Assembly (NCBI GenBank): GCA_039590195.1
Contig: JBDHFY010000003.1
Location: forward strand, 4,241-68,240
DNA length: 64,000 nt
From: Gemmatimonadota bacterium
GTDB lineage: Bacteria > Gemmatimonadota > Gemmatimonadetes > Gemmatimonadales > GWC2-71-9
Direction of reading: 5' to 3'
The translations under genes were made by a program, and so were the position numbers. Of this stretch, positions 44,443 through 52,041 are shown one piece after another; the first letter of the stretch is position 1; every line of letters starts with the position of its first letter. The notes below the pieces were generated by a model. The model searched no databases and had not been told where the DNA came from. It saw nothing but the letters and a program-made list of their open reading frames with translations.

Positions 44443-45897
44443 TCACGGCGTTCCCCGCACGGGCTGCCCCGGGCGCACGGACTCCTTCAACTCACCCCCG
44501 TCGACGACCACCACACCGTTCACCAGCACATACGTGAATCCCTCTGAGTACTGAGCTGGATCTTGATACGTGGCCCGCTCGCGCACCTGGCTTGGATCGA
44601 AAACGACGATATCAGCGTCGGCCCCTTCCGACAAACGTCCCTTGCGTCGCATCACCGGCGCGGCCTGGACGAGACGCTGCGCCGGCATGTAGCTCATGCG
44701 TCGGATGGCATCCATCAACGTGAGATGTCCTTCTTCACGCACGTACATCGCCAGCATCTTCCCGTACGTCCCCGCGCCCCTCGGATGGCCTCGCCCATTT
44801 GAGATGCCACCGTCACTGCCCACCATGACATACGGGCTCGTCAGCGCCATCACGTTGCCGCGCTTCGGTACGAAGTGGATGACGACAGGCGTGGGTGTAC
44901 CGTCCTCGCGATACCGCCGGAAGGTTTCCTCGGTGAGCCGTTCACCGTTGGACACCAGTTCGATATCCCTGTACGAGATCTGCATGCGCTCCTGCCATCC
45001 GGGGTCGAACACCGCCGACTCGAGACCGGTGGAGCCCGCTTCCCACGGGTACGCATCAGCCGTCACGTCGATCCCGTGCGCCTGTGCGCCTGCGATCAAC
45101 TTGAGGGAGATGTCCATCTCGTGGCCCGCCACGGAGTTGATGTGAACGATCTGCGCAGCGGCTCCTGTGGCGGCGGCGTTGGCGATAACCTCCTGAATGC
45201 CCTTTGCACTGTTCTCGGGCGGATGGGGTCCCAGAAAGCGGATGTGGAGGTGACACGGGACTCCGGTCTCACCGCAAACGCGGAACAACTCGAATACTTC
45301 GTCGGCAGACGCTCCGGGAACGTATTGCACACCGAATCCGATGCCGACAGCCCCTTCGCGGATCGCTCGCTTCGCCAGCGTCACCATGCCCTCGATCTGG
45401 GCGGTCGTCGCAGGGACGTTGCGGTCCTCGATCCCGACGGCCACGCGCAACGCGCCATGTCCCACTGTCGTGCCGTAGTTGATGATACGCCCCTCGCCCG
45501 AGAGAGAGTCGTACCAGCGCCCCACTTCCACGGGGCCCCCGTGCATGCGGAGAATGGTCGTGACGCCATCCATCACCTTGTAGCGATTTCCCTCGATAGA
45601 GAAGCCACTGCTCAAGATGTCGATGAATCCGGGAGCAACAACCTTGCCCTCTGCGTCGATGACCCGATCACCGTCGATCGCAGCGACCGTCACGACGGCG
45701 ACTCGACCGTTGGAGATTCCGACATTGGCCCTGCTGTCGTAACCGGTTTCTGGATCCATCACCCGCCCGCCGCGGATCACGATGTCGTAGGGTGCCTCCT
45801 GAGCCAGAGCTGAATGCGCGAGGCTAGCGGAGAGGACGGGGGAAAGTCCTACCACCACCATTCGGCTCACTCCATGTAGACCTCTGTAATTCTTCAT
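44443..45897 (-). CDS. Amidohydrolase-superfamily protein, N-acyl-D-amino-acid deacylase-like
   Basis: 484-aa ORF with a signal peptide. The D-aminoacylase-like N-terminus is YDIVIRGGRVMDPETGYDSRANVGISNGRVAVV...VVAPGFID. Later metal-site-like segments are CHLHIRF, VHINSV and VGSDGG. The HxH normally following PGFID is replaced by ILS, so activity is uncertain. Confidence 0.6.
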   Translation of the reverse strand: MKNYRGLHGVSRMVVVGLSPVLSASLAHSALAQEAPYDIVIRGGRVMDPETGYDSRANVGISNGRVAVVTVAAIDGDRVIDAEGKVVAPGFIDILSSGFSIEGNRYKVMDGVTTILRMHGGPVEVGRWYDSLSGEGRIINYGTTVGHGALRVAVGIEDRNVPATTAQIEGMVTLAKRAIREGAVGIGFGVQYVPGASADEVFELFRVCGETGVPCHLHIRFLGPHPPENSAKGIQEVIANAAATGAAAQIVHINSVAGHEMDISLKLIAGAQAHGIDVTADAYPWEAGSTGLESAVFDPGWQERMQISYRDIELVSNGERLTEETFRRYREDGTPTPVVIHFVPKRGNVMALTSPYVMVGSDGGISNGRGHPRGAGTYGKMLAMYVREEGHLTLMDAIRRMSYMPAQRLVQAAPVMRRKGRLSEGADADIVVFDPSQVRERATYQDPAQYSEGFTYVLVNGVVVVDGGELKESVRPGQPVRGTP

Positions 45898-45931
45898 CGA
45901 CGCCTCCTCGACTGTTTCTCTCTCAAACGTC

Positions 45932-45973
45932 TGGTGCAGCTAACAGCTAATGGCTAACAGCTAGCAGCTGCAT
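45932..45973 (+). repeat. Heptamer repeat TGGTGCA GCTAACA GCTAATG GCTAACA GCTAGCA GCTGCAT
   Basis: Six phased 7-mers filling the gap between the class-A-like gene stop (45973) and the upstream gene start (45897). Confidence 0.7.
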
Positions 45974-46983
45974 CACGGATTAAAGAGGAAATAATCGTGG
46001 ATTGCTCTTGCGATATGGGCTATGGCCAGCTCGCGTTCGGACCCTTCGAGATCTGACTCCTTGACGAGCACCACCGTCACGACATGTCCGGCTTCGTTGG
46101 GAAGCGTGACGATGCCCACGTCGTTGGTGGTACCACCGATCGTTCCGGTCTTGTGAAAGACTTCCGTGTCCGGCGGCAACAGGCCCTTGATCCGCGCACG
46201 TCCGGTCGTGCTTCGTCGCATGATGTCCAGCAGTAGGTCGGAGCTCTGCTCACTGAGAATCTCCTTGCGCCAGATGCGCGCTAGGAGATCGGCCATGGCG
46301 TGCGGCGTGGCCGTATCCCGGGTATCTCGCTCGAACGCCTCGCCCGCTCGTTCCCTCACCTCATCCGGAATGCTGTCGGCGAGCTCGGAGAAATCGTGGG
46401 GCGTCACGTCACCGCTGGGTGGCAGGCCCTCCACGCCGATCCAGTCGCCGATCAAATGGACCGTTGGCCGATTCACGTCGATACCATCGATGCCGAGGGC
46501 TCGCATCCTGGCCGTCACGGCCTCCCCTCCACCGGCGGCGGTGAGAACCATGTCCGTTGCCGAGTTGTCACTGATGAGAAGCATGAGTTCAGTGAGATTT
46601 CGCAGCGAGAGGATGACTCCGGGGTCGTCGAAAAGTCGAGAGAGTGTTCCGCTTCCTGGATGCAGGTCGACCTGCCGGACCTCTATCATGGAGTCTAGGC
46701 TGATCTCGCCCGCGTCAACGCGGGTGAAGAGTTGCACGGCTATGGGCACCTTGTAGGTACTGGCCATGCCGAATCGCTCCCCGCCGTTGTGAGACACACG
46801 TCGCCCCGTCTCGAGGTGGATGGCCGCCACCCCGACCGGTCCTCCCGCCAGCTCGGCAAGCCGGGCGATTTCCGCTTCCAAATGTTGCAGGTGCGGGTCG
46901 GTCTGTGCATCGAGCGGTGTGGAGGGCAGGGCCACCGCAATGCAGATGTACGTAGCAGCGAGCAACTTACTCCGTACGGTCAT
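45973..46983 (-). CDS. Class A beta-lactamase-family serine hydrolase
   Basis: 336-aa ORF with a signal peptide. All three class A motifs are in order: STYK (SxxK), SDN, KTG (FHKTGTIGG). Confidence 0.8.
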   Translation of the reverse strand: MTVRSKLLAATYICIAVALPSTPLDAQTDPHLQHLEAEIARLAELAGGPVGVAAIHLETGRRVSHNGGERFGMASTYKVPIAVQLFTRVDAGEISLDSMIEVRQVDLHPGSGTLSRLFDDPGVILSLRNLTELMLLISDNSATDMVLTAAGGGEAVTARMRALGIDGIDVNRPTVHLIGDWIGVEGLPPSGDVTPHDFSELADSIPDEVRERAGEAFERDTRDTATPHAMADLLARIWRKEILSEQSSDLLLDIMRRSTTGRARIKGLLPPDTEVFHKTGTIGGTTNDVGIVTLPNEAGHVVTVVLVKESDLEGSERELAIAHIARAIHDYFLFNP

Positions 46984-47014
46984 GGCATTTGCTCCTTGGT
47001 TGTAGCCGTAGATG

Positions 47015-47035
47015 GCTGGCAGCCGGCAGCTGGCC
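47015..47035 (+). repeat. Heptamer repeat GCTGGCA GCCGGCA GCTGGCC
   Basis: Three phased 7-mers about 30 nt upstream of the class-A-like gene start (46983). Same family as 29148, 34853 and 53424. Confidence 0.6.
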
Positions 47036-47185
47036 CGGCGCGCGCGTGAGGGAGGTCGCGCCTCAGGTCCTCGGTGGCGCCCGCGACCGGGGCGTCTCCA
47101 CGGAGCGATCTCCCCCCGCGCGCGCCCTGAACCGGAAGCTGAACGCCGGGGTGGGCACCTGATTCACAACCGGGTGCCCGCTTTG

Positions 47186-47213
47186 CTAAGCCCCAACCCC
47201 TAAGCCCTGAGCT
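47186..47213. repeat. Heptamer repeat TAAGCCC CAACCCC TAAGCCC TGAGCTC
   Basis: Four phased 7-mers of the C-rich class overlapping the 3' end and stop of the racemase-family gene. A GGGCACC...GGTGCCC hairpin lies just upstream (47155-47180). Confidence 0.55.
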
Positions 47214-48321
47214 CCTCCGAGCGCACCGTCAGCTCGTCGACGCGGGCGACGTCCACCGTGACTCCGATGCCCGGCTTGTCCCGTGGCACGGACACCATCC
47301 CCTGCGCGGTCATGGTCCATTCAGGTGTCACGATGTCACGCGCCCAGTATCGAGCGCTTGGGCTCAGGTCGCCCGGCAGCGTGAAATTGGGCAGTGATGC
47401 AAGCGACACGTTGTACGCTCGTCCCACTCCGCTCTCCAGCATGCCGCCACACCACACGGGAACGTCGTGGTGTGCACAGAGGTCGTGGATAGCCTTGGAC
47501 ACCGTGATGCCGCCGACCCTTCCGGGTTTGATATTGATGATCTTGCCGCTGCCAAGGGTGATCATGTCTTGCGCCCTGGCCACGTTCGTGATCGACTCGT
47601 CGAGGCAGATCGGCGTCTTGAGCCGTCGTTGGAGTTCGGCGTGTTGCACGACGTCGTCCCACGCGAGAGGCTGCTCGATCATCAACAGGTCAAATTCGTC
47701 GAGTCGAGTCAAATGATCGAAATCGTCGCGCGTATAGGCGTTGTTGGCGTCGGCCATCAGCGAGACGACTGAGCCCAGCTCCTCACGGACCGCGCTGACG
47801 TACTCCATGTCCGAGCCCGGAGCGATCTTGATCTTGATCTTGCGGTAGCCCGCCTCGTGTGCGCTGCGCGCCTTTTCCACCAACGCGGCGGGGCTCGGCT
47901 GGATGCCGAGAGATATGCCGGTGCCGATCTCCGTGCGTGTTCCGCCAATGAGTTCGGACAGGCTCATGCGCCGGCATTCTGCTTCGAGGGCCCACATGCC
48001 CATCTCCACTGCGGCCTTCGCCATGTTGTGACCTCGGAAATCTCGTTCCAAGACATCATGCACCTGAGCCGCTCGTTCGAAGGCTACGCCGAGAACCCGC
48101 GGTGCTACCCATAGAGAAATGGCTAACCAGGCGGTGTCGATGGTTTCGGGAGAGTAGTTGGGCTGCTCATCCGCTACGCACTCGGACCAAGCCGTGCGGC
48201 CGCCGGCGTCGTGGAGTTCCAGCAGCAGAATCCTCCGGACGCTCAACGTCCCTGAGGAGATCTTGAACGGTTCGCGGAGCGGGAGGTGGATTTCGCGGAG
48301 GGTAAGGCGTTCGATTCTCAC
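47200..48321 (-). CDS. Enolase-superfamily o-succinylbenzoate synthase / N-acyl(succinyl)amino acid racemase family protein
   Basis: 373-aa ORF with a GTG start. MLE-subgroup catalytic pattern KIKIKIAPG (KxK), MADANNAY (D), MIEQPL (E), CLDES (D), NIKPGRVGG (K). Confidence 0.8.
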   Translation of the reverse strand: MRIERLTLREIHLPLREPFKISSGTLSVRRILLLELHDAGGRTAWSECVADEQPNYSPETIDTAWLAISLWVAPRVLGVAFERAAQVHDVLERDFRGHNMAKAAVEMGMWALEAECRRMSLSELIGGTRTEIGTGISLGIQPSPAALVEKARSAHEAGYRKIKIKIAPGSDMEYVSAVREELGSVVSLMADANNAYTRDDFDHLTRLDEFDLLMIEQPLAWDDVVQHAELQRRLKTPICLDESITNVARAQDMITLGSGKIINIKPGRVGGITVSKAIHDLCAHHDVPVWCGGMLESGVGRAYNVSLASLPNFTLPGDLSPSARYWARDIVTPEWTMTAQGMVSVPRDKPGIGVTVDVARVDELTVRSEELRA

Positions 48322-48491
48322 AGCGTAGCTCGTAAGTGCAAGTGTTCAGCGCGACGGCAGAGGATGGGGATTGCGTAAAACATCCGATCTGAAGCCGGCT
48401 TTTGGACTCCCAGCTCTTCCTGGGCGTGGTGACGCAACAATTCTATTGCATGAACCGTCATGGAGCCATGACCTTCTCCCGTTCTCGTAGC

Positions 48492-49607
48492 CTATTCCGG
48501 GGGGATGTCTTGCGCGCTCGGTAGGAAGACTTTGAACGCTGCACCGCCTTCCCGGGCCCGATCGACCCACGCAATGCCACCCAAGTCGAACGCCGTACGC
48601 TGGACGATGGCAAGACCTAACCCCGTTCCTTTCCCGGCGTCCTTCGTGGTATAGAAGGGCTCAAAGATGTGCTCCACGTATTCCTCGGGGACACCGACAC
48701 CAGAGTCAGCCACGCAGATCAACACCCCTGGGCTCCCCGGGAGCAACTCGGGGCGCCAGGGCCTCCGTACGCGCGGGCGCGTGTGGACGGGGCGATCACG
48801 GGCATCTCCCCTCCGGCGCAACGCGTAGCCCAACGGTCGATAGTGCGCCGAGAGCGTTGCCACAGTGATCGACCCCGCTGGGGCGGCGTCCACCGCGTTC
48901 AAGATCAGATTGACCATCAACTGCTCGAGAGTGTGGACCTGCGCGACAATGTGTGGTAGCTCAGGGTCGCGCTCCACAACGATGGTGATATTCTTCAACA
49001 CACCCTGCTGAGTCAGGAGTTCGATCGCGGCTTGCGCGACTGCCCCCAAATCAACCTCGGTCAGGGAGTCCCGCCTAGTGCGGCCGGAGTCCAGCAAGCC
49101 TCGGACAATGCGATCGATCCGGTCCATCTCGCGCGTAATCGCCTGGACGATTTCTGGATCGGGCTCGCCCTGTTCCAGCAGTGCTAAGTATGTCTTCATG
49201 GCCGCCAAGGGATTCCCAATTTCGTGAGCGATGCCAGCGGCCATTCTCCCGATGGCGGCCAACTGCTCGGCGCGTCCGAACTGTCTCTGGACGTCCGCCA
49301 CGTGCTCGGTCATGCTGTTGAATCGGTTAGCCAAGACGGCAAATTCGCGACTCGCGGCTTGTGGAGCACGGTGAGTAGGATCGCCCGCGGCGAGGGCGTT
49401 CGCGGTCGCTGCCAGTGATTCGAGCGGACCGATGACCAGCTTGCGAACCAGATGTTTTCCGTATGCGAGTGTTGCCGTGGCACAAGCGACGAGCGCGAGT
49501 GCGACGGCTAGCACGCCGAAGAGGGGTAGCGCAGGTGCCAGCCACACTGAGATCGCCAAGGCGATGCTGAGAGCTACGACAGGTGCTGCCAGGCGGGAGA
49601 GGAGCAC
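48492..49607 (-). CDS. Membrane sensor histidine kinase (2 TM + HAMP + DHp + CA)
   Basis: ORF 48492-49805 overlaps the upstream GNAT gene, so the start is provisionally the GTG at 49607. TM helices (AAPVVALSIALAISVWLA / LFGVLAVALALVACATATLAY), a HAMP-like linker, H-box AAGIAHEIGNPL, N-box LMVNLILNAVDA, DSGVGV, GKGTGLGLA. No response regulator is adjacent. Confidence 0.8.
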   Translation of the reverse strand: MLLSRLAAPVVALSIALAISVWLAPALPLFGVLAVALALVACATATLAYGKHLVRKLVIGPLESLAATANALAAGDPTHRAPQAASREFAVLANRFNSMTEHVADVQRQFGRAEQLAAIGRMAAGIAHEIGNPLAAMKTYLALLEQGEPDPEIVQAITREMDRIDRIVRGLLDSGRTRRDSLTEVDLGAVAQAAIELLTQQGVLKNITIVVERDPELPHIVAQVHTLEQLMVNLILNAVDAAPAGSITVATLSAHYRPLGYALRRRGDARDRPVHTRPRVRRPWRPELLPGSPGVLICVADSGVGVPEEYVEHIFEPFYTTKDAGKGTGLGLAIVQRTAFDLGGIAWVDRAREGGAAFKVFLPSAQDIPPE

Positions 49608-49686
49608 TCTCTCGAGGCGCGGCTGGGTTCCAGTGGCTTCAGTCGCACTGGCACCCCAGGCATCGGCCTCACCGATCCGCGTTTGT

Positions 49687-50538
49687 TTACTGGCGCTCGA
49701 GGAGATAGAAGCCACGATTGCCCTTATCCAAGTGGAAACCCTGAACTTGGTACCCCTTTTCCAGGTACCAGAGAAACGCTGTCCTGGTCGTCCTGCGCCA
49801 GGCATTGGCGGATTCCAAGGAGACGGACTTCACACGCTGGATGTCTCCCGGAATCTCGATCCTGACCGACGCGTGAGTGGGTAATGTCGTTCCCGCCGGC
49901 AGGGGCTCCCCTTCGCTGTTGGTGTTCACGACCGCCACCTTGCTGAATTCGGGTCGCGGCGAAGCCCGGGAGCCGGCCAGTGATTGCTCGACCCGAGGAT
50001 GGTTAAAATCCCATCGAACGACGAACCGATCGGTGCCCAGCCCGCTGTGGAGATCGCTTCCCGTGTCGTCACCGTACATTTCGGGGACGTACTCGACGGG
50101 GAGCGCTCCGAGGCGGTTGACATTGAGATTGGCGTTGCGGGCTTCGAGGGGGTCGTACGTCCAATAGGCAACCTCGACACCGCGGCTGAGCAGAAGCTGG
50201 CGTTGGTACTCCTTGAGGCGTCGTCCCAAACCTGAGCCCTGAGCTTCTGCTCGGACCGCCAGCATGTGAGACCAGTGTGCAGGTTGGCCGTCTCGGATTC
50301 CCGTCAAGCCGAACACGAATCCGATGAGCTGACCGCTACCGTCGAACGCCCCGGCCGCGATCCCCCCCGCCTTTTGGCTAATCATGAGGATGCTGGAGGG
50401 AACACACTCGGTGAATTCCTGGCCCCAGGTATCGCGTTGGAGCGCCTTGCATTGTTCGTAATCATCAAACGAATGGAATTCGCGGAGCGTCATGCCGTGG
50501 AATGAGGTGGACGAAGAGGTTGATGAAGGCGGTACCAT
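49687..50538 (-). CDS. GNAT-family acyltransferase (two-lobed, COG3375-like)
   Basis: 283-aa ORF whose ATG overlaps the upstream transporter TGA (ATGA). Acyl-CoA pocket-like segment HMLAVRAEAQGSGLGRRLKEYQ (Q/RxxGxG/A). Confidence 0.65.
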   Translation of the reverse strand: MVPPSSTSSSTSFHGMTLREFHSFDDYEQCKALQRDTWGQEFTECVPSSILMISQKAGGIAAGAFDGSGQLIGFVFGLTGIRDGQPAHWSHMLAVRAEAQGSGLGRRLKEYQRQLLLSRGVEVAYWTYDPLEARNANLNVNRLGALPVEYVPEMYGDDTGSDLHSGLGTDRFVVRWDFNHPRVEQSLAGSRASPRPEFSKVAVVNTNSEGEPLPAGTTLPTHASVRIEIPGDIQRVKSVSLESANAWRRTTRTAFLWYLEKGYQVQGFHLDKGNRGFYLLERQ

Positions 50539-51644
50539 CAGAGCGACTTCCGAGCCTGCCCTCGCATCTTCCAGATTCCGAGCGTCAGGATCGGCACGAC
50601 AAACACGGCGAGGAAGAACCAGGTAATCGTTCCGTATCCTCTGGCAATGAGGCCGATCAATCCGAATCGGGCGATGATCGAGCCGGCGATGAGGAGACCG
50701 AGCGCGACCGCCGGACGGAGGTAAATGGGCATCGTGACATTCCGTTCACTGAACGCACCGGCGATCCGCTCGTTGAGCCCGTGGATCATGCCTGTGCCGG
50801 TCTCGATGAGCGTTCCGAAGAGCACGATCTGGAATACGAGCTGGAACGCTCGCGAGCCAAGGATGTCCAGCAGGAAGTTGGCAGGAACGGCGTGCTCCAG
50901 CACCTGAGGGTATTGGCCTACCATCGAAAGATAGAAAAGGAAACCTGGAATGATGGCGATTGGGCCCGCCAGAATCCCCGCCGTGACAGCTTCGCGTCGC
51001 GTGTCGACGTGCCGCACGCAGAAGAGCAACGCCGGAATGAGCGAGAGATTGTAACCGGCGTACTTTACGCCACCGACGATCCAACGCGCGCCCGGGGGCT
51101 CGCTGCCCAGGCTCGATACGATGTCGCCGCCAAATCGGCTGAGACACCACACGAAAAAGACGGCGTACACACCGTAGAGCACAAATGACCAGCTGGCCAG
51201 AAACTTCTCGATGAGGCCCGTTCCGCGGAAGACCAGAAAGCCAACAGCCGCCATGATGCCCACGACTCCCAGATCGTGAGGTAGTCCGAAGGACTCTTGC
51301 AGGATGGCGCCCGCGGCGGCCGCAATGACCGCCAGCACCAGGAGAAGCTGGGCGACATACAGCGGCTCGTAGAGAAACCAGCCTCTTCCAAGCAAGTGCT
51401 TGAAGAAGCTGCGATAGTCGTAGCTTCTGAAGAGCCGGGAGAACTCAAAACTAGAGGCGCACACGGCACTCCAGATGGTCGTGGACACCAGAATCATGGC
51501 GAGGAGGCCGCCGAGCGGCCCGTACGTGAGAAAAAACTCCGCCAACTCGCGGCCGGTCCCGTAGCCCCCCGCGATCACCACCGACTGAAACACGAAGCCA
51601 GGCAACAGGTACTTCTGAAAGAACACTGATTTCACCGATTCCAT
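50538..51644 (-). CDS. Polytopic membrane protein, YkvI/amino-acid-transporter-like
   Basis: ORF 50538-52520 trimmed to MESVKSVFFQKYLLPGFVFQSVVIAGGYGTGRELAEFF (GAAGGA RBS). About 11 TM segments. The upstream 292 codons of the track ORF are repeat-derived (PAPPAPP) and non-coding. Confidence 0.6.
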   Translation of the reverse strand: MESVKSVFFQKYLLPGFVFQSVVIAGGYGTGRELAEFFLTYGPLGGLLAMILVSTTIWSAVCASSFEFSRLFRSYDYRSFFKHLLGRGWFLYEPLYVAQLLLVLAVIAAAAGAILQESFGLPHDLGVVGIMAAVGFLVFRGTGLIEKFLASWSFVLYGVYAVFFVWCLSRFGGDIVSSLGSEPPGARWIVGGVKYAGYNLSLIPALLFCVRHVDTRREAVTAGILAGPIAIIPGFLFYLSMVGQYPQVLEHAVPANFLLDILGSRAFQLVFQIVLFGTLIETGTGMIHGLNERIAGAFSERNVTMPIYLRPAVALGLLIAGSIIARFGLIGLIARGYGTITWFFLAVFVVPILTLGIWKMRGQARKSL

Positions 51645-51810
51645 TCCTTCGAGAGGCCGGAGCAGGGGATCCAGCCGGCGTGGAGAGTCCTGCCCCGACT
51701 TGGTGTCATTCCCACAACTACGATCGCAATGGGGTAGCGCCCGCTGCTCGAGCTTGGGCGCGGTCGGTGAGCAATAGCATATCACAATGTAGGGTTTTGT
51801 CCATGTGGGT

Positions 51811-51918
51811 GGAGGGGCAGGAGGGGCAGGAGGGGCAGGAGGGGTAGGAGGGGCAGGAGGGGCAGAAGGGGCAGGAGAGGCAGGAGAGGCAGGAGACGAA
51901 AAGGGGGCAGAAGAGGCA
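51811..51918 (+). repeat. 9-bp tandem repeat GGAGGGGCA (about 12 increasingly degenerate copies); G-quadruplex motif
   Basis: ggaggggca x3, ggaggggta, ggaggggca x2, gaaggggca, ggagaggca x2, ggagacgaa, aagggggca, gaagaggca. It lies in the divergent region between the transporter (start 51644, minus) and the dipeptidase (start 52042, plus). There are seven GGGG runs with 5-nt spacers on the plus strand. Confidence 0.85.
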
Positions 51919-52041
51919 GCAGAAGGTGCCGGGGCAGAGGCGCCAGACGAGCGGTTGCGCTCCGCCGCCGTGCAAGCTAATAGACGCAGAAGAAATCGCC
52001 CTTGCCGCGAGGCATTCGGGCCAACGTCTGGAGAGTGCAAC

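Noticed and set aside
45973-46983. Calling the class-A-motif protein an antibiotic-resistance beta-lactamase.
   Set aside because: The SxxK/SDN/KTG motifs establish the fold and family, not the substrate. The genomic context is peptide and D-amino-acid catabolism, and no identity search could be run.
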